Assembly: GCA_963790205.1 (NCBI GenBank)
Contig: CAWBNQ010000006.1
Location: 63,152 to 127,151 of the forward strand
DNA length: 64,000 nt
Source of the DNA: Nitrospirota bacterium
GTDB lineage: Bacteria; Nitrospirota; UBA9217
Direction of reading: 5' to 3'
Part shown: positions 1 through 9,628 of the stretch, one piece after another
How the letters are laid out: each line of letters opens with the position of its first letter
Numbering within the stretch: the stretch's first letter is position 1
Program-made: the position numbers and the translations under genes
Notes under the pieces: model-generated
What the model was told of the DNA's origin: nothing
Seen by the model: the letters and a program-made list of their open reading frames with translations, nothing else
Database searches by the model: none

Positions 1-413
1 TTGATACTGCTCTGAAAGTGCATCAAGGGCTGGGGCCGGGCTTGCTGGAGTCGGTGTATGAGAGCGTGCTTGCCAAGGCTCTCGAAAAGCGCGGACTGAA
101 GGTGGAAAGGCAGAAGCCCGTATCCTTTGTATACGATGATATTCCTTTCGACGAGGGCTTCCGGGTCGATCTGCTGGTCGACGACCGGGTAGTGGTGGAG
201 TTGAAGTCTGTGGAAAAAATTGCTCCGGTTCACAGCAAGCAACTCCTGACATACCTTCATCTCATGAACCTCTCGGTCGGTCTTCTCATTAATTATGGAG
301 CTTCCACACTGAAAGAAGGGCTCCATCGTATCGTGAACGACCTCCCGGCCTCCGCGGCTCCGCGGCTCCGCGTGAACCAGGGAAGGATTTCTGATGAAAG
401 GATTGGACAATGA
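1..413 (+). CDS. GxxExxY protein (PD-(D/E)xK nuclease-like), 5'-truncated by the window edge
   Basis: Motifs LGPGLLESVYE and RVDLLVDDRVVVELKSV. The frame is open to the window start (..DTALKVHQ). Confidence 0.9.
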   Translation, partial: DTALKVHQGLGPGLLESVYESVLAKALEKRGLKVERQKPVSFVYDDIPFDEGFRVDLLVDDRVVVELKSVEKIAPVHSKQLLTYLHLMNLSVGLLINYGASTLKEGLHRIVNDLPASAAPRLRVNQGRISDERIGQ

Positions 414-1075
414 TGCCGCGGGAACGGATCCTGATACTGTTTCTCGTCATACTCTGCGGCCTGCTCGTCGCAACGGCCGTCCATCCCTTTGATCGAAGCA
501 CCTGGATCATGGAGGTGGCTCCGGTGCTGATCGTTGTGCCTATTCTTGTCCTGACCTATCGCCGTCTTTCCCTGACGCCGCTCCTCTACTATCTCATTTT
601 TCTGCACGCGATCGTTCTGATCACGGGCGGAGCGTACACTTACGCGCGCGTTCCCCTCGGGTTCTGGCTTGAGCGCCTGTTCTCGTTCAGCCGCAACGAC
701 TATGACCGGATCGGCCACTTCTTCCAGGGGCTCGTGCCCGCTCTCCTGGCGCGGGAGGTCCTGCTCCGCCTCGGGTATGTGTCAAACCGCCGCATGGCTT
801 CATTCCTTGCAATCTGCTTTGCCATGGCGGTGAGCGCCTGGTACGAACTGATCGAATGGGCCGCATCCGTGTCCCTCGGAGCGAAAGCGGACGACTTTCT
901 GGGCACCCAAGGGGATCCCTGGGACACGCAATGGGACATGTTCATGTGCTTTATCGGCGCTGTCGTTGCCATGGCCGGCCTGACAGGGGTACAGGACCGG
1001 CAGATCGAACGCCTGGCGCCTGATTTAGGCTCACGCGGAGCCGCACCCTGCACTCGCGCAGGGCATAATACTTAG
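410..1075 (+). CDS. DUF2238/YjdF-like inner membrane protein
   Basis: Hydrophobic protein with RNDYDRIGHF, YELIEW and FLGTQGDPWDTQWDM motifs. Confidence 0.88.
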   Translation: MMPRERILILFLVILCGLLVATAVHPFDRSTWIMEVAPVLIVVPILVLTYRRLSLTPLLYYLIFLHAIVLITGGAYTYARVPLGFWLERLFSFSRNDYDRIGHFFQGLVPALLAREVLLRLGYVSNRRMASFLAICFAMAVSAWYELIEWAASVSLGAKADDFLGTQGDPWDTQWDMFMCFIGAVVAMAGLTGVQDRQIERLAPDLGSRGAAPCTRAGHNT

Positions 1076-1124
1076 ACCCATTGTCGTACCATCTCGCTGA
1101 GAATCGCGAGACGGGAATCAAGGG
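1071..1124. repeat. 54-bp structured dispersed repeat, copy A
   Basis: Matches 29915-29968 at 53/54 nt and contains the TCTCGC/GCGAGA stem. Confidence 0.85.
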
Positions 1125-1390
1125 CCTCGTAAACGCTGGGCGCAGGCGGAGAAGCGCGGAGGGAGTACCCTGCAGGACTAGAACCGCGGTTGTTGGAAGC
1201 TGTCATTTTGAAAAAAAGCTCACGTGGGGACATTTACTGTCAGGCATTTATCGTCAGCACTATTACCGCTTGTCCTAATATTAATATTATATTATAGAAG
1301 GGAATATCAAGAGCAAAGACCTGGCCTGTTGTTCCTTTGTGCAGTCATTACCCCGGCTGTTGAGCCGGTATCTTATTCGGGAGGGGATCG

Positions 1391-2083
1391 ATGAAGAGGA
1401 TCATCAGCGGAATTGCGGCGGTATTGCTGCTTGTGGTGATGAGCGGGGCGGCGCGCGCCGAGGAAGAAAAGGTCGGGGGCACTGTTCTCAAGGCGGGGAT
1501 TGAAACGTGGATGAACAGCTGGAAGCGCGAAGCCCCGGGCACGGAGAGCATGAAATCCAACACCATCCTGCTTATCGGCCCGTCGGTCGAAGCGGAGTTT
1601 CATGAGCGCTTTTTCGTGGAAGCGTCATACCTGCTCTCGGCCGCTGATTACAAGTTTACCGAAGCAGGCGTCACCACCGAGGTTGACCGCGGCGATCTGG
1701 ACCTGGCGCTGGGGGCGAACCTCAATCCTTATATCGGAGCGGTCATCGGATACCGCAACTCGGCGTTCAAGGAAAAAGAAACGGGCGCGAAGGAATCTTC
1801 CTATGGGTTGTTTTACAGCGTGCGCGGATCGGCCCCCCTGAACGAGGCCCTCTCCTTGTACGGAACGCTGACCTATCTGAGCACTCGTTTTAAAGCGGAA
1901 GGGGCGGCGAGGGAGGACGCCCCCGGCTGGATTGCCGAGGCCGGGATCAAGTATGCCTTTACCAGGGAACTTACCGGCGATCTGGGGTACAAATATGAAA
2001 CGACCAAGGGAAAGGATTCCAGCATCAAAGACACCTTCAGCGGGGTGACGCTCGGCATCCTATACGCCTTCGAGGGCCTCTAG
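1391..2083 (+). CDS. Outer-membrane beta-barrel protein
   Basis: Signal peptide, alternating amphipathic strands, C-terminal ..GILYAF, and a GAGGGG RBS upstream. Confidence 0.75.
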   Translation: MKRIISGIAAVLLLVVMSGAARAEEEKVGGTVLKAGIETWMNSWKREAPGTESMKSNTILLIGPSVEAEFHERFFVEASYLLSAADYKFTEAGVTTEVDRGDLDLALGANLNPYIGAVIGYRNSAFKEKETGAKESSYGLFYSVRGSAPLNEALSLYGTLTYLSTRFKAEGAAREDAPGWIAEAGIKYAFTRELTGDLGYKYETTKGKDSSIKDTFSGVTLGILYAFEGL

Positions 2084-2308
2084 TGCCGGGTTTTTTCGCC
2101 GGCCTTATTGCCGCGCCTCAAAATAACAGAAGGGCACATCAAGGGTCAGGGGTGAGGGGATGCTTTTGCTGAACAGGAGCGACGTAAAAATCCGGCATGA
2201 GAGAGGAGAAAAAATCCGTCTCGCAGACCGCGCTGAATCTTATCGGAGAGCTGCTCACCATTCGCTATTACTATTGATCCTGCTCAATTCGTGAAAGGGG
2301 AAATTATC

Positions 2309-2965
2309 ATGGGCATTAAGAAAAAGTGGTTGTCAATCATTCTCAGCATCGGCCTTCTGGCAACAGCGCATGTCGCCGTCGCCGAAACCAACGTCGACGT
2401 GCGGGTGAAGCTCGGCAGCGCCGCGGGAGTGGATCAAACTGAATTCGAGTCGACCGGCGACCTCGACACCTCGCGAGCGAACAGCGGCAATTTCCAGGTC
2501 GAGGCCGCTTTCACTCCCCGGCGGGATTCGGCGGTGAGTTTTGTCGGGACCATCGGGCTCTTCGGAAGGGACCACAAGGGCCATATCGACGACCTGTTCG
2601 CCCCCCCCACCGACGTGGAATACAGCGCGTCGGGACTGAGCGGGTCGGCCGGCGTCAGCATCAAGGCGAATGAGAAGTTCCATTTTGAGGGCAGGTTCGA
2701 GCTGGCGGTCGGCGAGGGAAAGCCCAAGCTGACGTCGCCCGTCGCCATATGGAACCCCGTCAAGGAGGGAGCCTATGCCGCAGGATCGCTCATCCTGGGA
2801 GGGTATTTTACGATCAGCAATCCCGGACTTCAGCTCGGCCTTGAGCTGGGGGCCCAGTCCTTTGTCGGGGACTTCCAGATATGGAACGACGTCTTCGGAT
2901 GGGAGGACGGGAAAGTAAGAGGCACCGGCGGCACGGCCAACCTGGTCCTGGGATATCATTTCTAG
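2309..2965 (+). CDS. Putative outer-membrane beta-barrel protein
   Basis: Signal peptide and the C-terminal LVLGYHF beta-signal. Confidence 0.72.
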   Translation: MGIKKKWLSIILSIGLLATAHVAVAETNVDVRVKLGSAAGVDQTEFESTGDLDTSRANSGNFQVEAAFTPRRDSAVSFVGTIGLFGRDHKGHIDDLFAPPTDVEYSASGLSGSAGVSIKANEKFHFEGRFELAVGEGKPKLTSPVAIWNPVKEGAYAAGSLILGGYFTISNPGLQLGLELGAQSFVGDFQIWNDVFGWEDGKVRGTGGTANLVLGYHF

Positions 2966-3036
2966 GCTCCGCGCGGACCGATCTGCGGGTCGAATGCAAG
3001 GGTCCCGCAACGGCCGCAACGATCGAGGATGAACCC

Positions 3037-3453
3037 ATGGCAGACGAGCGAAAAAAATCTGTTCCTGATCCGGAGCCTTCAAAGACCGGCTACGCAGTGC
3101 CCCGGCGGGAGCAGCGGCATCAGGTCCCCGCTGTGTACCAGCGCTATGTTCGCTTGAAAGTAAAAATAGACGACGTCTTCGTTCCCGTCGTTCTTCATGA
3201 CGTAAGCGGCAGCGGAGTTCTCTTTGAAAGCCGGGTCCCCTTCGAAATAAAAGCCCGGGCCGACTGTCTCATTTCGATATCCGAGTCTCTTTCAAGGGAG
3301 ATCGCCTTCGAGATCCAAGTGCAGCACTGCGAGGAGAAAAATAACACCTTCCTTGTCGGGGCGGAGATCGGGACGGCCGCCGATGCGACCTGGTTCCGTG
3401 TTTTCACGGCAGTGCACGATTTTATCATGCAGCGGCAGGGCGATGTATATTGA
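3037..3453 (+). CDS. PilZ domain protein
   Basis: RREQR and DVSGSG match the RxxxR and DxSxxG c-di-GMP-binding motifs. Confidence 0.75.
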   Translation: MADERKKSVPDPEPSKTGYAVPRREQRHQVPAVYQRYVRLKVKIDDVFVPVVLHDVSGSGVLFESRVPFEIKARADCLISISESLSREIAFEIQVQHCEEKNNTFLVGAEIGTAADATWFRVFTAVHDFIMQRQGDVY

Positions 3454-3594
3454 AACCGGTCTGGGCCGTATACCGGGAGCGCGCAGAATAACGCCTCCCT
3501 TGCCGCAAACTGCGCTATAATAATAGAAGGCAGGTAAAAGGGTATAATAAGGATTCAGCCCGCCCTTCGGGGCGGGAAGGGAAAGGAGCAGGTC

Positions 3595-4026
3595 ATGTTG
3601 AAAAAAAGGCATGTCATAATGATCACGATCGCGGCGCTGACCGCGCTGGTCCTCACCGGGTGTTACCGCCACACGCCGGAACAGCGGGCGGAGTACGTGG
3701 TAAAGCGCATGTCATCGGAGCTCGGCCTGAACGATACGCAAAAGGCCCAGCTGGAGAAGATCAAGAATGAATTTCTTGCCCGGCGTCCTGAAATGATCAA
3801 GTCGCGTGAAGAAACCGTGAAAGAGGCGAATGAGCTCATGAGAAGCACGGAGATCGACAAGGCACGGCTGAATGCTTTGGTGGAAAAGAACAAGGCCGAA
3901 GCGAACGATATGATCAGCTTTGTCAGCGCCAAGTTCACGGAGATCCACGATATGCTCACGCCGGGGCAGCGGGAGAAGCTTACCAAGGATATCGAGGAAC
4001 ATATGGAGCATGGCCATCACTGGTAA
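3595..4026 (+). CDS. Spy/CpxP (LTxxQ) family lipoprotein chaperone
   Basis: Lipobox LTGC, plus LGLNDTQK and LTPGQREK motifs. Confidence 0.85.
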   Translation: MLKKRHVIMITIAALTALVLTGCYRHTPEQRAEYVVKRMSSELGLNDTQKAQLEKIKNEFLARRPEMIKSREETVKEANELMRSTEIDKARLNALVEKNKAEANDMISFVSAKFTEIHDMLTPGQREKLTKDIEEHMEHGHHW

Positions 4027-4045
4027 GGGCGGAACGGGAAGCGCG

Positions 4046-4075
4046 AAAGGAGAGGAGAGATCCTCTCCTTTTTTT
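4046..4075 (+). terminator. Rho-independent terminator
   Basis: Stem AAAGGAGAGGA, loop GAGA, stem TCCTCTCCTTT, followed by a T run, 20 nt after the stop. Confidence 0.75.
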
Positions 4076-4269
4076 GTACAATGTTGGGTTCTTTGTTCCC
4101 TCCGCCGCATGCCCTCCGGAATAAGGCTTGCGGCAGAGGAAAGGCGGCCTACCCTACCGGGTCGGACTTAAGGATTGCCTTGACGCGCAGCTTCTGTCTT
4201 TCCAAAAAGTGACGAAATGTGTTATTATCGGGCTGACGTTTCAAATGCCGAAAAAACGAGGTCGCTCTC

Positions 4270-4866
4270 ATGTCCATACGCATGCAGGTCTTTTCCGATT
4301 ACATCTGACCCTTCTGCTACATCGGCGAAGGCATCGTCGAAAAGCTGAAGCAGGAGTTCGAGCTCGAGGTCGAATGGCGGGGCGTGGAGATCCATCCGGA
4401 AACGCCCCTTGAGGGGACCCCCATGACGAAGCGCTTTCGTCCCGAGGACATCAAGCGCATGATGGAGCACCTGCGGGGCATGGGCGCGCCGTTCGGGATC
4501 ACCTTTGTTGACCGGCCCCTTCTGTCCAACTCCCGCCCGGCCCTTCAGGCCGCTGAATTCGCCCGAGGGCAGGGCCTGTTCGAGCCGTTTCACGCGGCCC
4601 TGTTCGCAGCGTACTTTTCTCACGGCCTGGACATCGGAAATATAGACGTCCTCGCGCTGATCGCCAAAGACGCGGGCCTCGATGCCGGGGCGATGAAGCA
4701 GGCCCTGCAAGAGGGGAAGTACCTCCCCGGGCTCGAAGCGGTGAAGGAGGAAGCGGCTGTTCGGGGCGTGACCGGCGTGCCCGCGTTCTTTATCGGAGGC
4801 AAAAAGTCCGTGGTCGGCGCCCAGCCCCTCGAGGTGTTCCGGAAGGCCCTCCGTTCCGCGATTTAG
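4270..4866 (+). CDS. DsbA/FrnE-family oxidoreductase, probable selenoprotein (UxxC; TGA 4306-4308)
   Basis: Reads MSIRMQVFSDYI-TGA-PFCYIG, in frame with ORF 4384-4866. C-terminal GVTGVPAF..GAQP is present, with a SECIS-like hairpin at 4322-4340. Confidence 0.88.
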
Positions 4867-4868
4867 GC

Positions 4869-5019
4869 TCACGCGGAGCCGCGGAGCGCGCGGAGATAAA
4901 AAAGAGCAGGAACTGCATGACTTAGTATTTGGGTTTTCCCATTACTTCCGAAGCGTTACCCGAAAAGGGTCTCTCCCTCATATCATGAAAGACTATTCGG
5001 CCTCCGCGCCTCCGCGTGA
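4869..5019. repeat. Long imperfect palindrome with 8/9-bp periodic arms (CGCGGAG / CTCCGCG)
   Basis: Left arm TCACGCGGAGCCGCGGAGCGCGCGGAG and right arm CTCCGCGCCTCCGCGTGA. Confidence 0.7.
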
Positions 5020-5031
5020 AACGGCATTACG

Positions 5032-5879
5032 GTGAAAGCCTTTTTGGCGCTTGGATTGATGAGGTATCGATTGATGAGAAGGTTTATTTCCGTCGTCCTG
5101 GTCAGTCTCGTTCTTTCCTCCCCGGTTTTTGCCGAAGAGGAAGCGACCGAAACGTATACGGACACGGGTGTGCCCGCTCAGGGCCGGCAGGCGGCCCCTT
5201 CGGGTTTCCACGGCATTCTCGGCGCCGGGCTCTTCAGCGGGCAGAGGATCGTCGGCGATGACGGCAGAAGGACCGCGCTCTTTCCCCTTGTCCTGATGCG
5301 CTATAAGGACGTGGCTTACTGGAGCCTCGCGGGCGGGGGCGTATGGCTGATCCAGACGGGGGACCATTCGCTCCGCTTCGGGGCGGGCGTATCCACTCCG
5401 GGTGGCGCCAGGGAGACGACCCGGGTCTTGCCGGGATGGAGGCGCGCAAGAGTTCGCTCGACGGATATCTGAACGCCCTCTGGAGGACGTCCCTGGTCGT
5501 GATCGGCGCCCGTTATTACCACGATATCCTGAATGCAAACAGAGGCGATGCGGCCTCGCTCAGACTGTCGAAAAATTTCAATATGAACGAAGACCTGAGG
5601 CTGACGCCGAGCATCGGCGTTGAATGGCAGAACAGCGAGCGTGTGGACTACTACTACGGCGTGCGTCCCGGAGAGGCGTTGGCGTTCCGGCCGGCGTATG
5701 CCGGCACCGCCGCCGTCAATGCCAGCGCCGGCCTCGCCGGCGCTTACCGGCTGTCCCGTTCCTGGTCCCTGCTGGGAGGGGTCTTCACGACCCGCTACGG
5801 CAGCGGCATCGTCGACAGCCCCATCGTTACGCGGCGCTACTCGACGCTCGTCTATGGGGGAGCGGGATGGAGGTTTTAA
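5032..5879 (+). CDS. MipA/OmpV family outer-membrane protein (frameshift near 5390)
   Basis: Two overlapping ORFs with YVDYYYGV-like, IVDSPIV and C-terminal GWRF motifs. Confidence 0.8.
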
Positions 5880-5949
5880 AGGCGGCGAAGAAAACTGCCG
5901 CAGCCGGGAGCGTGCGGGCGAGCCCGGTTCACGCGCCCCGCATCAAAGG

Positions 5950-6258
5950 TCATTTGGCGGCCGGCAATTTCGCGAGGAGGACCGACGAGTAAAGGTAATT
6001 CCTTTTTTCCTCGTGCCACACCCTATTGTAAAAATCGCACTTCTCGCAGTGTTCGTACTTTCTGGCAAAGGTTCCCTGGACCGCGCCGTCGCACAGCGTT
6101 CCCGCGATGATCCAGCACGCCCGCCCGGCGTTTTTCCCGCCGTGGACGCCGTCCAATGCGGCCTCTTTTGCCGCAGGGCAGCTGCCGAGAAGGAAGTTCT
6201 CTCCCCCCGGCTCGCGGCCGCATTTTTTGAACTCCCAGCAATTGAGCTTCATACCCAT
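5950..6258 (-). CDS. Small Cys-rich two-CW domain protein
   Basis: NCWEFKKCGRE..CPA..GRACW..GTLC..CEKCDFY. Confidence 0.8.
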   Translation of the reverse strand: MGMKLNCWEFKKCGREPGGENFLLGSCPAAKEAALDGVHGGKNAGRACWIIAGTLCDGAVQGTFARKYEHCEKCDFYNRVWHEEKRNYLYSSVLLAKLPAAK

Positions 6259-6533
6259 CTCTCCTCTCTCTTCTCTTGATGGTTTTCCCTGGTGATCACT
6301 CCGTTCAATTTTTACACGGACGGCAGGGGCAAGTAAATACCCCTGCCGGGGTATTTACCGGGTATGCATGCCATATATTATATTGTTGCGCAGGCCGTGA
6401 ACTCCGGACTCACGGTCGGGGAACAGGCGCGGCCATGAAGTATTCCATGCCGCCCGGCTTCGATTTTTCCAGTTGACTTTTCGGCTCACTCACTTTAATC
6501 TGGCAGCATCTTGAACGTTCAAGCACCGCGCCC

Positions 6534-9500
6534 ATGAAAAAATTCATTTTCCTTCTCATGCTGATTTCTTCCCTGCTCCCGGCTGTTCTTCGGGCCGAGG
6601 AGGCCGCGCCCGCCGCGAAGCAGCCGGAGGGAGAATCAAAAGTCGTGGTGGAGATACCCCGGACGCAGTGGTGCCAGTGCGTGCGCGCGATCCTGGGCGT
6701 CGAAGGAGGCAACATCGCGGGGTGCGTTAAAAGCGGGGCCTCGGAGGAGAAATTAAAGATATTCAGGTCGCGGGGGGCCGGGGACGGGAGCTCGAATTCG
6801 GTGTCCTTTCTTCTGTCCTTTGCCGGTTGCGCTGAAAGCGAAAATGAGAATGTCGGGTCCCTGTCCTTCAACGTACAATGGCAGGGCCGGCCGGTCAGTT
6901 CGGCAACATCAACAGCAGGACCTCCGGAACAGGCATTGGCGCCGATCACCTGCGCGGCCGGCGGGATCGGCATTGTCGAGGCGACGTTATACCGTTCGTC
7001 CGGGGAAAAGCTCGCGGCGGCTGTTCCCTGGAATTGTTCCAACCCCGTCGGCACGCTCAATAATATTCCCGTCGGTTCGGGGATCAGGCTCGTGGTAACG
7101 GGCAAGAATGCGTCCGGCGCCGTGCTGTACCGGGGAGAACAGGCCGGGATAACGGTCACCTATAAGCAGACGACCGCGCTCGGGGCCATTGCGGCGCCGC
7201 CGTTTCCTCCGGTCCTCTCGGCGCCGGAGAATGCGGCGCTGCTCGGGAGCGGGCGCGTCCATTTTGCCTGGACCGGCGCCGCCGGCGCCACGTCATACCG
7301 GATACAGGTCTCGGACAACCCGGGTTTTGCCCCCGCGGTCGTGGACACCTCCGCGGCGGGCGCATCATTTGAAAGGGGCGCCGACCTGGCGTCCGGCGCG
7401 TACTTCTGGCGGGTAAAGGCAACGGACGCCTTCAACAACACCAGCGAATGGTCCGCTCCGGCGAGCATCACGGTCGATGCCGATCCCCCGATCAATACCA
7501 CGGCCAAAAATTTTATCAATAAGGGCGCCGTGGCGACGAACGCAGGCACGGTGTCGCTTGCGATATCGGCCACCAAAAAATCCGGCGTCGCCGGATACTA
7601 TATATCGGAGCGGCCGAAGAGACCGGAGGCAGACAAGGAGGGTTGGGTGGCAATACCCTCCATCGCCTCGTATGCAGCCGCCATTCCTTATACACTGAGC
7701 AAGCGCGACGGGAAAAAGACCATCTCCGTCTGGTTCAAGGACGCATTCGGACACGTGTCCAAGGTAAAAAGCGGCGCAATTGTTTTTGATACCAAGCTGC
7801 CCCATGTGACGATCACGGGTCATCCCGCTCATCCGACGAACTCGACGTCGGCGCATTTCACCTATACTTCCACGAAGGCCAGGTCGAAATTCCAGTGTCA
7901 GCTCGATGACGGCGCGTATTCCGCCTGTACCGGCACCACGTCGTACGAGGGGCTTTCCGACGGGTCGCACACGTTTATGGTCACCGCGTCCGATGCGGCA
8001 GGCAACACCAACCTGGCCCCCGCCAGCTTCACCTGGACCATCGACACCAAGCCGCCCGATACGGCCATCACGAGCCAGCCGCCCGGTTCGACGAGCTCGG
8101 CCTCTGCAACGTTCGGTTTTTCCTCCACGAAGACGGGCTCGACCTTTGAATGCCGGGTGGACGGCGATGGGTACGCGGTTTGCGCCGGTCCGCAGGAGTA
8201 TACCGGGCTTGCCGCGGGTCCGCATACTTTCATGGTCAGGGCGACGGATGCCCTCGGCAATGTAGACCCGACCCCAGCGCAGTATACCTGGACCGTTGCC
8301 GCCTCGTTCGAGGCGACCATCACGGACCATCCCTCCGACCCTTCGAATTCGGAGAACGCCAGTTTCAGTTTCACGTCCAACAGGGCCGGAGCAACATTCC
8401 AGTGCCAGCTCGATAGCGGCGGTTATTCGGCGTGCGCCTCCCCCCGGGCCTATTCCGGGCTTACGGAGGACCGTCATACGTTTTTCGTCAAGGCGAGTGA
8501 CGCGGCCGGGAACGAGGACAGCGAGCCCGCGCATTATACCTGGGCGGTCAGCCTGCCGGCGCCTGCGGCAAAAGCCGATATTGCAAAGACCTTTGAAGGA
8601 TTGCCGCTTGCCGAGTCTCCGGCCTTCACGATGCTCGGGGTGACCCCCGGGATCATCCGGCCTGCAAGCCCCCGCGGGCTGGCTCTGTCGCTTCTGGAAG
8701 GCCTCGATGTCAGAGGGAATGCTCAACTCGCAATCGCCGTGGATATGGCCCCCTATTTATTGTTCTCGGGAAAAGGACTTTCGCTGCAACAGTATCAGGA
8801 CGGCAAAAAGGAACGGGACCTGTCAAGGATACAACTTTCATTCGCCGTCTCGAAAGCTTCAAGCGACGAGGATAACGCCAGACGCGTTGGAGCGGCAGTT
8901 AACTGGACAATCTGGGATGACGGCGATCTCCGGCTCGACAAGGACCTCGTTGCCTGTCTTGACAGGGCTGCTTCGGGCGTCGCGACTGATGATGATTCGG
9001 AACCGGCGTCGGCCGGCGAGGGGGGGCCCAAGCAGGCCGCCTATTCCGAAGTAAGCGCCGCAAGGTGCCGCAAGGAAAGCCTCAAAAGGAATTGGAACAG
9101 ATCCGCCATGGATGTCGGTTTTGCGCCTGCCTGGATAGACCGGAGCGGAAGCGGAAACAGCTTCGGATGGGATGGCCTTGGTCTTTGGACGTCATGGTCC
9201 CGCGGGTTCGACAACGCCTGTTTAAAAGAAAATTCGCAGATAATCCTGCATGCCCGGTACCGCGGGGATGAAGCGGAGCCGTCCGGGAACAGGTTCGTCC
9301 CGTACTCCGACAGCGACACGCTGTCTTTCGGCGCCAAATACCGGTGCGGGAACCCGCAGCGTATGGTGTTCCTTCAGGGACTTCGCGTGGAGACAAAGCC
9401 CGACGGACAGACCGCAGGCGCCTCTTACCTGTTCTCAGTCGGAACGGAATTGGCGATCGGCGACAATTTGTGGCTCGAATTTGAACTGGGAACGATCAAT

Positions 9501-9581
9501 GGGCGCCGGAACGAGGACAATGCGGGCTTTATAACGGGGCAGATAAAAGGAGCGTTCCCGGAAGGCACTGCGACAAAGTAG
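6534..9581 (+). CDS. Large secreted protein with FN3/Ig-like repeats and a putative C-terminal beta-barrel
   Basis: Signal peptide and three repeats of TITxxP..FxCxLD..YSAC..HTFxVxAxDAxGN..TW, followed by an amphipathic C-terminal region. Confidence 0.7.
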   Translation: MKKFIFLLMLISSLLPAVLRAEEAAPAAKQPEGESKVVVEIPRTQWCQCVRAILGVEGGNIAGCVKSGASEEKLKIFRSRGAGDGSSNSVSFLLSFAGCAESENENVGSLSFNVQWQGRPVSSATSTAGPPEQALAPITCAAGGIGIVEATLYRSSGEKLAAAVPWNCSNPVGTLNNIPVGSGIRLVVTGKNASGAVLYRGEQAGITVTYKQTTALGAIAAPPFPPVLSAPENAALLGSGRVHFAWTGAAGATSYRIQVSDNPGFAPAVVDTSAAGASFERGADLASGAYFWRVKATDAFNNTSEWSAPASITVDADPPINTTAKNFINKGAVATNAGTVSLAISATKKSGVAGYYISERPKRPEADKEGWVAIPSIASYAAAIPYTLSKRDGKKTISVWFKDAFGHVSKVKSGAIVFDTKLPHVTITGHPAHPTNSTSAHFTYTSTKARSKFQCQLDDGAYSACTGTTSYEGLSDGSHTFMVTASDAAGNTNLAPASFTWTIDTKPPDTAITSQPPGSTSSASATFGFSSTKTGSTFECRVDGDGYAVCAGPQEYTGLAAGPHTFMVRATDALGNVDPTPAQYTWTVAASFEATITDHPSDPSNSENASFSFTSNRAGATFQCQLDSGGYSACASPRAYSGLTEDRHTFFVKASDAAGNEDSEPAHYTWAVSLPAPAAKADIAKTFEGLPLAESPAFTMLGVTPGIIRPASPRGLALSLLEGLDVRGNAQLAIAVDMAPYLLFSGKGLSLQQYQDGKKERDLSRIQLSFAVSKASSDEDNARRVGAAVNWTIWDDGDLRLDKDLVACLDRAASGVATDDDSEPASAGEGGPKQAAYSEVSAARCRKESLKRNWNRSAMDVGFAPAWIDRSGSGNSFGWDGLGLWTSWSRGFDNACLKENSQIILHARYRGDEAEPSGNRFVPYSDSDTLSFGAKYRCGNPQRMVFLQGLRVETKPDGQTAGASYLFSVGTELAIGDNLWLEFELGTINGRRNEDNAGFITGQIKGAFPEGTATK

Positions 9582-9628
9582 CATCTCTTCCTTGCCGGTT
9601 CGCCGTGTTCGTCCGCACCGGAGAGGGG

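Noticed and set aside
7365..8726. Long antisense ORFs (this one, 10901-11905, 17761-19017, 50173-51216 and others)
   Set aside because: These are shadow frames of GC-rich genes with no recognisable motifs.
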